DNA from: a virus
Taxonomy: Duplodnaviria > Caudoviricetes
Direction: 5' to 3' (one strand)
Length of the DNA stretch: 64,000 nucleotides
Virus record (IMG/VR): IMGVR_UViG_2974528084_000001
Location: 1-64,000 of that record
Below, piece by piece: positions 19,335 to 29,300 of the stretch. Every line of letters starts with the position of its first letter. The first letter of the stretch is position 1. The position numbers and the translations under genes are program-made. The notes below the pieces were generated by a model, which did not search any database, was not told where the DNA came from, and was given only the letters and a program-made list of their open reading frames with translations.

Positions 19335-19374
19335 CGCAGTACAGATGTCAACTAAGACCAGTGAAAGGGTCACC

Positions 19375-19968
19375 ATGACACACGCAGGAATCCCGACCGC
19401 CACGCAGGACACCAGCGACTTCGACGGTCGCCCCGAGGTGGAGCGCGCCAATGCGGCAGCCGTCGCCGCCGGGGAGAAGATCGAGGAGAAGCAGTTCGTC
19501 GATTACTTCGCCGCGCCCCTTCCGCAGCGCTGGTACCTGCCCGATGGCGTCCAGTACTTCGAGTTCCAGGAACTCCGCGAGGGTGGCAAGTCGGCTTACG
19601 AGAAGCTGACCAACAAGGACATCCGCGTCCAGCGCTCCACCGGCGACGCGCGCCTGTCGGTCGATCCGGCGATCCAGCGCCAGTCACTGATCCGCCTGTC
19701 GGTCACCGATGTGTACCTCCTACAGAAGGACTCGGGCGGGCAGCCGCAGCCCATGCCCTTCAACAAGGAGCGACCCGGCAAGTTCTGGGAGAACCTGTTC
19801 ACGTTCTTCCCCGCCGCCCTCATCGACAAGCTCCACCGCGAGATCGTCGACATCAACGCCTGGCTCGCCGCCGACGACGATGTCGATGCACTCAAGGAGG
19901 AGCGCGAGCGTCTCGATGAGCGCATCGCCAAGGCCGAAGAGGAGCAGGCAAAAAAGCTCTCCTTGTAG
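19375..19968 (+). CDS. tail assembly chaperone (G-like)
   Basis: Between major tail and tape measure; ends just after slippery A_AAA_AAG. Confidence 0.85.
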   Translation: MTHAGIPTATQDTSDFDGRPEVERANAAAVAAGEKIEEKQFVDYFAAPLPQRWYLPDGVQYFEFQELREGGKSAYEKLTNKDIRVQRSTGDARLSVDPAIQRQSLIRLSVTDVYLLQKDSGGQPQPMPFNKERPGKFWENLFTFFPAALIDKLHREIVDINAWLAADDDVDALKEERERLDERIAKAEEEQAKKLSL

Positions 19969-20243
19969 AACAGGCCGCCGACTTCGTCAAGGGAAATCGG
20001 ATAGCCAACCCTCACCCCGCCCTGCTTATCTACGGCAGACTCGAGGCGATGAAGTGGTCGATACCCTACACGCCAGGTGGGCTTGAGGATCAGAGCGTGA
20101 TGCTGCTGAGATGCTTCGATGTCATTAACCGCGTCAAGGCAGAGCACGAGCGACAAGAACAAAAGAAACGCGAACAGGAATCCAAGTCGAAACGACCCAA
20201 CCCAAGGGGCGGGTCTCGACCAACGGGCCGTCGCAAGAAGTAA
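19375..20243 (+). CDS. tail assembly chaperone, -1 frameshift product (GT-like)
   Basis: A_AAA_AAG at 19950-19956; the -1 frame is open from there to TAA 20243 (contains track ORF 20049..20243). Confidence 0.85.
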
Positions 20244-20280
20244 CAACGAGGGCGGTGCTTGCGGGCACCGCCCTCGTTGT
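20243..20280 (+). terminator. 16-bp perfect hairpin between chaperone and tape measure genes
   Basis: ACAACGAGGGCGGTGC-TTGCGG-GCACCGCCCTCGTTGT. Confidence 0.7.
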
Positions 20281-20287
20281 GTATTAT
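20259..20287 (+). promoter_or_regulatory. candidate tape-measure promoter whose -35 is the hairpin loop
   Basis: TTGCGG 20259-20264, 17 nt, TATTAT 20282-20287. Confidence 0.5.
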
Positions 20288-20348
20288 GATCAGCACTCAA
20301 CGGGCACACGAGGCCCATACTATTGGACCTCGAAGTCTGGAGTAAGCG

Positions 20349-23300
20349 TTGAACACGACTGCGGCGAATATCCTCGTCACCGCACAGGCCCGCCAGGCTC
20401 AGGCAGTTCTGGCTCGCGCACAGGCTGCGCTTCGGGGTCTGCAGTCTACCGCACAAGGTGCGAACGCTGCCCAGGCTACCGCCGCGAACGCTGCTGCAAA
20501 GCAGATCGACGCGGCCGAGGCACGCAAGGCTTCGGCGGCTGCCAAGGCATCTCTGGCAATTGAACAGGCGAATCTTCGCCAGATCAAATCTGAACAAGCG
20601 GCGTCTGTAGCCGCGGCCAGATCGGCAGCCGCCATATCTCTCTCTCAAACAAAGGCGGCCGGTGCCGCCGAAGCGTCCGCCGCCAAGCAGGCGGCAGCGG
20701 CAGCGAAGATGTCGGCGGCAATGGAGCTCTCCGCCATGAAGCAGCAGGCTGCTATGGCGCAGCTCACGCTGGTTCAAATGCGTCAGCTCGCGCAGATGGA
20801 AGCGGCCTCGGCTCGTCAGATCGCCGCCGACAACCGCGCCGCGATGTCTGCAGCCAAGTCCGCTGCGCAGCAGGCTGCCGCACGCGAGTCGCTCACCATC
20901 GCTACACTCCGTGCAGTCGCCCGCGAAGAGGCTGCATCGGCACGCAAGATCGCTGCCGATGCACGGGCTGCACTGCAGGCACAGGTGCTGGCGAATGCCG
21001 AGACCGGCAATCAGAATCGAGTAGTCACCGCCCGCCTTCGCGCCGCAGCGCAGACCGCGTCTGCCAACGCAGCGAAGATCAACTCGGACAACGGCGCTGC
21101 CATCGCTGCCGAGGTTGCCGCCAACCGCGAGATGAGGGCAGCTCGCGAGGCTTCGCTCGCCGACATGGATCGCGCCATGAAGGCGCAGGCTGCGAACGCA
21201 CGTAAGGCGGCATCGGACGCGCAGGCTGCAGTTAACGCGCAGGCAAACGCGATCAAGGAAGCTGCGGCAATGTCTGTCGCCGACACCGCGCGCATCAAGA
21301 GTGCCGCAGTAGCCGCAGCCGAGAACGCACGTAAGATTGCATCAGACGCCGCCGTGGCAAACACGGCGGCTATGACCGCTGGCCGCGAGTCGGTTGCGAA
21401 CGCGCAGGCCGCTGCATCCGCCCGCATCGGCGCGCAGCAGAAGGTTGTCGCTGACGCACAGGCCAACGCCTCGCGAATGAATGCAGCAGCCGTTGCCGCC
21501 GCCGAGGCTTCGAAGATCGCTGCCGCCGAGGCGCGCGCCGCCGCCGCAGCCGAGAAGGCTGCTATCCAGATCACCGCCGCCAAGCAGCGCGAGATCGCAG
21601 CGAACTCTGCGGCTACCGCATCCAACCGCTCCTGGTCGGCGAGCATGACGGCCTCCGGTTCTCGTATGCAGTGGATCGGTCGCCAGCTGTCGCAGAACTT
21701 CACGGCACCGATGCTGCTCGCTACGGGCATTGGCGTCAAGTTCGGGCTGGACATGGAGAAGTCCATGACCCGGCTCGAGAAGGTGTACGCCGACCAGGCG
21801 CTCATCCGCGAGGCGGAAGCCAAGGGGATCAACCTCGTCAAGAATGAGACCGAGGCTCTCGAGAAGGCGTTCATTGCACTCTCGAACAAGTACGGAGTGC
21901 AGGCCGACGAGGTTGCCAACGTCGCTGCCGAGTGGGCTGCGGCTGGCGCATCGGGCAAGGCGCTGGCAACCCAGACTGACCTGACAATGAAGACGATGGT
22001 CCTTGGTGAGATGGATGCCGAGGAAGCCACCAAGGCTCTCATCGCAATTCAGGCACAGTGGGGCGCTGTCACCGAGACCAACCTGGATCAGCAGAACAAA
22101 CTCTCTCTCGGCACCTCTGGTCTAGCCAACGATCAGCTCAGCCTTACCTCGATTCTCCGACAGCTCAACGCAGTGGAGAACGAGACCGGCACCACAATGA
22201 ATGACCTCGTCGTTGCGTTCTCTCGCGCATCGGGTGTCGCTCGAAGTGCCGGCTTTGATACGGCCCACCTTGCTGCCGCCGTTGCTGCACTCGTTCCCGC
22301 CGCAGGCAGTGCGGCCGAAGCAGGTAACGCACTCAAGACAATCATCAGCCGTACTCTGACGCCTACTCGTGAGGCTTCTCAGATCATGGAGCTGATGCAG
22401 ATACAGACCGAAAAGGCCGCATGGCAGAGCATGAACGCTGGCCAGCGTCTCGAGGAACTGGCTAAGCGATTCGGCACATTGACCGGCGCACAGAAGGCGC
22501 AGGTTGCTGCGTCTCTCGGTTCGCGCTACCAGGTTAACAAGCTCGAGGTTCTGTTCTCCTCGATCGCAAACAAGGCCGGCTACTACCACAAGGCTTTGGA
22601 GAAGCTCGCCAACGAAGCCGACGTGGTGAAGATCGCCGAGGACGAGCTCAACACCGTCCTCGAGTCGCAGCCTCAGATGCTCAAGCAGGCTGGCGTCATC
22701 ATTCAGAATAGTCTCATGAAGACTATGGTTCCTCTGATTCCGGTTGTCATTCAGATAACCCAGTGGATCGGCAAGGCGTTTGATGCCTTTGCTAATCTGC
22801 CGACCGGCGTGCGAACCACCCTTATTGGACTCGGACTGTTCCTTGCGACAGTCGGTCCCATCATCATCTTCCTGGGAATCTTTAAGCTGGCACTCGGTCA
22901 GCTCACTCCAGTGTTCTTGATGCTCGCTCGGGCGATGCTGTTCCCAATCACTATCTTCGGCAAGTTCGGCGCATTGCTGCTGAAACCGATAATGGGTCTC
23001 GCGAAGCTGCGCGCTGCACTTGCACTGACTGCGCGTGCGTTTGCCCTGATCCCAGCCGCAGCCGTACTCATGACGCGGATCGTTTCGTTCGCCCTCATGG
23101 GAATGCAGGCCACAGTCGTAGTCGGCATGGCGGGACTGCGTGCATCATGGACTGCAGCCTGGGTCGCAATGGTCGCAGTCCAGACTGTATCTGGCGTCGC
23201 AATGACCACGACCCAGAAGGTCATGTTCATGGTGATGCTCACCGCACAGAAAGTGTGGGCTGGAGCATCACTACTCATTCAGCGTGCGTGGGCTACCGCC

Positions 23301-26300
23301 AGTGTTGCAGTACATGCAGCCTGGGGCGCAGCCGCAGCGATGGTCACTGCAGTCGGGCAGGCTATCATGCTCGCCCGCCAGCGCGCCTGGGCGGCGGCAT
23401 GGCTTGCGATAACTGTCGGGTGGGCCACCGCTAGCCTCCTGCTTCAGAAGACCTGGGCCGCAGCCTCGATCCTGCTGTCCGGCGCTTACTGGAAGCGCAT
23501 GTTCGCGATCTTCGCGGCAGGTAACAAGGGTCTGCTTGCAATACTTGCAGCGGGTGGCAAGGCGATCGTCGCGCTATTCTCTTCGCCCTGGGCTATTGCG
23601 ATTGCAATTGTCATCGGACTTATCGTCATGTTCCGTGAGCAGATTGCTCAGGCGTGGAACAACGTCGTCAATTACTTCAGGAACATTCCGAAGGAAACTT
23701 CGGCAGCCCTGTCGCCGCTGACAAACATCTTTGTTCGGGCGCGCAACGCTGTTGTTGGTGCGTTCAACTCCCTGCCTGAGGGTGTCAAGGGTGCACTGCT
23801 CAAGGTGGTTGCGATCGTTCGCGCAGCCGCTATGAAGGTGTACGAACTCTTCAGCTACCTCAACCCGTTCGCGCGTCACTCGCCTTCGCTGGTGGAGAAT
23901 GTCACGAACGGCATGGCTGTCGTCAACGCTCAGTTTGCCAACGCGTCTCGCAACGCACAGAAGCATGTCGGGCAGCTGCACAAGTCGATCAACAAGTTGC
24001 AGAGTCTTTCCGCGCCCATGACTGCGCAGAACGACAAGGCGAAGGACGACGAGTTCCGTCAGACTGCAACCAAGGCGGGCGCGGCCAGTTCACTGCCTGC
24101 GTACGACGCACTCAACGCTGATGTCAAGGCAGCGAAGAGTTACATGGACCAGCTCAACAAGTCCATGGAAGCTCACGAGGCGCAGCTGAAGAACATCAAG
24201 GCTGGCGTCGAGGCGTACGACGCCGCTATCGAGCAGATGAACTCTGCTCTCGAGGTCACCAAGGCTATCCAGTCGGACGTGAACCGCGCCCTGGATGGAG
24301 CGAAGGCTCGGTTCGACCGCTACTCCAACGCGCAGATCAAGGGTACGCGCGCTGCTGAAGATGCCATCTTCGATAACGAGATGGCACAGAAGCGGCTGCA
24401 GCTGCAGATCGCGAAGATGGAGGAAGAGGCTGGCACTGTTGACAGTGTCACCGACTCGTATTCAAAGCTGCAGGGCGAGATCGAATCGCTGACCGCCAAG
24501 CAGACTGAACTTCGCAAGGCTGGCGCAGGGTCGGACGTGCTCGGCACGTACGACAAGATGATTGCCGACCTGAAGAGTCAGCAGTCGGGACTGATGACCG
24601 GCGGTACCGACAGTCCAGCCGGCAAGATAGCTGCACTCAACACATCGCTTCAGGCTCTGCAGAAGCAAGCGGACATCATGGACCTCGAGAAGTCCTTGAA
24701 GTTCGATTCACTCAATCGGAAGATTGAGCAGTTCAGCAGCAATGTTGAAGAGATGCCGTACGGTCAGATCATGTCTGGCATGGACTCTTCGCGCACCTCG
24801 ATCAATGCATTGCAGTACTCGTATGACCAGCTCGACATGGTCATGGCGGGGCAGCAGGCTCGCATCGACGCCACCCAGGCCCAGCGCGACGCACTGCAGC
24901 AGACCTACGACTCCGAGGCTAAGCGACTCGAGACCGTTCGTGCTAAGTACGAAGAGGTAGAGCAGGCCGTTCGCAGCGGCGAGGAAGCTCTCGAATCATT
25001 CTCGTCGGCATCCGAAGAGGTTGTGCGACGCCAGGAAGAAGCTGCGCGTGCCGCGGAAGAGGCAAGCAAGAAGCTCAAGAAGAAGAAGGGCGGCGGCGCT
25101 GGTAGCGGAGACGAGCTCACCCCTGGCGCTCAGAACTTCATCGACGGCGCGGCGGGAGACTTCGAGACCTTCGGTGGCACCGACACGATCGGTCGCGAGG
25201 GTGCTGGCCTGGATCAGTCTTCACAGATCGACGAGTTCACCAAGGGGCTGACCGACGACCTCGAGAAGCAGCTCGGTGGGCTCAACCCGTTCTCGGGATT
25301 GAAGAACGCTTGGAACCGAACCGTCAACTGGTTCAAGGGTATGATGCCTGGGTTCGGCGACATCTTCAAGAACGTCGGCAATGGTATCGGTTCTGCATTC
25401 TCGTCCGACAAGAACGAGAACGTCAAGCGCTTTGGTGATACCATATCAAAGGGTGTCGAGTCTCTTCGTAACATCTGGGGCTGGATTCAGAAGGTCGGCC
25501 AGATCATAGGTAAGCTGTTCGGGCCTGATCTGCAGTCTACCATGCAGGGCCTCGGTGACGGATTCAAGACCGTCATGGACAAGATCAGTGGCCCACTGTC
25601 TGAGCTCGGCAAGACTGTTATGCCGTTCTTACAGACTGCGTTCACTCATCTCATGCCGGTGATCGCACTGTTCGTTGGTGCACTTGAGGTTGTCTGGGAA
25701 GTTATCAACGGGGCTATCGGTCCGGTATTCAGCTGGCTTGGCGACATCATTGGCGCGGTTATCACCGTAATCACTGGAATAATGAAGGTCTTCATGGGAC
25801 TCATGAAGGTCATCCAGGGCGTGGTTATGGTTGTGGTGAATATACTCAAGGGTATATTCACCTTCATCAAGGGACTGTTCTCCCTCAAGTTTGACTTGTC
25901 AGGGTTCGGCGGAATTGGTGAAGCTCTCAAAAAGATCTTCGGCGGGTTCGGAGACATGTTCGGCGGCATCGTCGACATCGTCAAGGGAATCTTTGTTGCC
26001 ATCTGGAGTACGATCAAGAACTCTGTCAAGCTGATCTGGAATGTAGTCTGGGGTCTCGTCAAGGGTATCATCGACTTCTTTAAGACCTTGTGGGATGTCC
26101 TCGTCGGACACTCGATCGTGCCCGATACGATCAACTCGATCATTGACTGGTTCAAGGAGCTGCCCGGCAAGCTGCCCGGCATGGTGTGGGGTCTCATCAC
26201 CTCGCTCATTGGCTTCTTCCTGAAGATGCCGATCATGATTGGCCAGGCGCTGCTCAAGCTCGGCGGGTTCCTGTTCGGAGCGTTCACGTCTGCAATGGCG

Positions 26301-29300
26301 TGGCTTCTGCCGAAGCTTCCGGGGTTCATCTGGAATATCGTCAAGTTCTTCGCGACCTTGCCGTTCAAGATCATCGGCGCACTCGTTGGGTTCGGCGCGA
26401 AGCTCCTCGGCTGGCTCGGTCAGGCCATCGCCTGGCTGGTGCCCCAGCTCCCAGGCATCGTCTGGGACATCATCACCTTCTTCGCAACGCTCCCGTTCAA
26501 GATCATTGGAGCACTGCTCGGGTTCGGCGCAAAGCTGTTCGAGTGGGCTAAGAACGCATTCATCTGGCTCGCACAGAACTTGCCTGGTGTGATCGGCAAC
26601 GTAATCAGCTTCTTCGCTGGCCTGCCAGGGAAGCTGATCGGAGCACTCCTTGGACTCGGCTCGAAGCTGTTCGAGTGGGCGAAGAATGGGTTCATCTGGC
26701 TAGCTCAGAACCTGCCGAATGCCATCGGCGCAGTGCTTGACTTCGCCAAGGAGTTCCCCGGTCGAGTCATCCGAGGGTTTGGCAAGTGGGGTTCCTTCAT
26801 CTGGGAGTGGATGAAGAAGGGCTGGGACTTCCTGGTCAACGAGATGCCAGGTATCGTCGCTGGATTCCTGAAGTGGATCGGCGGCATTCCCGGAATGCTG
26901 CTCGGCAAGCTGGGTGACGGCGCCAAGGTGCTGTACGACTACGGCAAGGACATGATCCAGGGCCTGATGAATGGCACCGCGGGTCTGCTCAAGAAGCTCG
27001 GCGACTGGTTCCTCGACAAGATTCCAGGCTGGATCAAGACGCCGTTCAAGAAGGCGCTCGGCATCGCATCGCCTTCGAAGGTCTTCGCTGGCTACGGCGT
27101 GAACATCGGCGAAGGTCTCGTCAAGGGCATTGGTAGCATGGAGGGCCAGGTCGAGCAAGCCTCGATCGCAATGGCTGCCGCAGCCGACAAGGGCGAAGTC
27201 GGAGGCATGGCTATCTCGGCCGTTGCTGACACTTCATCGGTGGGTGGCTCCGTGTCCGCACTAGGGGACGCCGTTGCAGCATCCGGGCCGGTGGCGGTCG
27301 ATACGGCGGCGGAACCGACCGCCGACATCCAACCGATGCTCGACGCAGCCGAAGCAGCGTTCGACGCTTTCGATGCATCTATGCAGACGAAGATGGCAGC
27401 CTTCACTGCCGCAGTGACTCTTATGTTCGCTGCAATGGTGACGGGCATTTTGTCGTCCCTCGATCAGGTTACGATCGGAAGCGGTACCTCGTTTGCCGCA
27501 ATGCAGGCGACTGTCGTCGGAATCGTGACCGCGATGGTGGCAGCTGTTCAGGCGCAGCTCGCGCTACTGATCAGCCACGTTACTCAGTTCGGACTTGCAT
27601 TCACTGCGGCGTGGGCTGAAGCTTGGAACGCATGGAAGTCCGAGACCAGCCTCGGCGTCGATCACACTCTGTCCGAGTGGGAACGCATGGCGCAGGGTAT
27701 GCGCGACATCTTCGACGGCGGCATCGCGCCGATCTTTGAAGACATGGCAAAGATGTACACCACCCTGGAGGGTGCAACTAAGACGACCGTCGATAACGTC
27801 GGTACGACTTGGGCTGACATCGAACCCAAGACAAAGCGCCCCGCCGGTATCGTCATTAACGAGGTCTACAACAACGGCCTGCGCGGAGCGTGGAACAAGT
27901 TCAACAGCTTCCTTGGTGTCGCAGAACTCCCGGCGTTCACCGTCGCATACGCAACAGGTGGTCCCGTCCACGGACCCGGCACCGAGACCTCGGACAGCAT
28001 TTACGCGAAGCTGTCGCGCGGTGAGCACGTCATTACCGCCGCCGAGGTTCGAGGCGCGGGCGGACACCAGGCCATCATGGCGCAGCGTCAGGTGTGGGCC
28101 GGACGTAAGCGGATGCAGGGTGTGGATCAAAGTATGCCAGCATTCGCTCGCGGCGGTCCGGTCGACCCGAAGGCTCCGCCGTGGCCCGGTGAGTCGAATC
28201 TGAAGCCTGCGGCTATTCTGGCTCGACGCAACATCCACAAGTACTGGCCGATGATCGGCGAGATCGGCGGCTACCGCCCGAGTGACCCGTATCCAGACCA
28301 TCCGTCGGGCCTTGCGCTCGACGTCATGGTCGGAGTCGGCAACCCGGTTGGCGACGAGGTCAACGACTGGCTCCACAGGAACATGGTTCCGCTGGCGCTG
28401 AACTACACCATCTGGAAGCAGTTCTACAAGCCAGCCGGTGGTGGCGGTAACCTCATGGGCGACCGAGGCGACCCGACGCAGAACCACATGGATCACGTGC
28501 ACGCCTTGTTCAACAACAACGGCGTTCCCGGTATCACGACTGGTGGTATCGGTGGTTCGAGTGGTGGCGCTCCTATCGACTACAAGAAGATAGTCCAGGA
28601 GTCCTTTAAGGCGGACATGGACGAGGTTCGCAAGAACCTCCCGGCTATCCCCGGCGGCATCGGCCAGTGGCCGAAGATCAGCGCCGATGTAGCCGAGAAG
28701 ATGGCGCTGAAGAAGCTCCTCCCGCTCGCGGAGAAGATGAGCATCTCCAGCGGGTCGGCTGCGTCCGCCTGGGCGGGAGCGCCTGACGCCTCCGTTGTGA
28801 CTAAGGTCAAGGAGGCGATGAAGACTTATGGCTGGGACCAGGGCGCTGAATGGGAAGCACTCAACCAGCTGATCGGCCACGAGTCTTCGTGGAACCCGAA
28901 CGCGCAGAACCCGAGTTCTACCGCGTACGGTCTGTTCCAGTTCCTCGATTCTACCTGGGCAAGCGTCGGCGGTTCCAAGACCAGCGACCCCTACCAGCAG
29001 GCAATCTACGGCGGACGCTACATTAAGAACCGCTACGGCTCGCCGTCTGCAGCGTGGGCATTCTGGCAGAACCCGCAGCCGAATCCTTATGGTGGCAACT
29101 GGTACGACAATGGTGGAGTTCTTCCGCCCGGGCTCACGCTGGCCAACAACCAGACTGGCGGACCTGAGGCTATCCTCACGGCGGCTCAGTGGAGCGCGAT
29201 GTTCGACATCGCCACCAAGCCACCGCTTGACGAGGACACCATCCAGGGCGCGGTCGAGGCTGCCAACATCGCGACGGGCAACACTGACGATGCGACCACC

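Noticed and set aside
20349-21650. Ala-rich GCC/GCA periodicity as a DNA repeat array
   Set aside because: Explained by the helical tape-measure protein sequence; no exact nucleotide repeat unit
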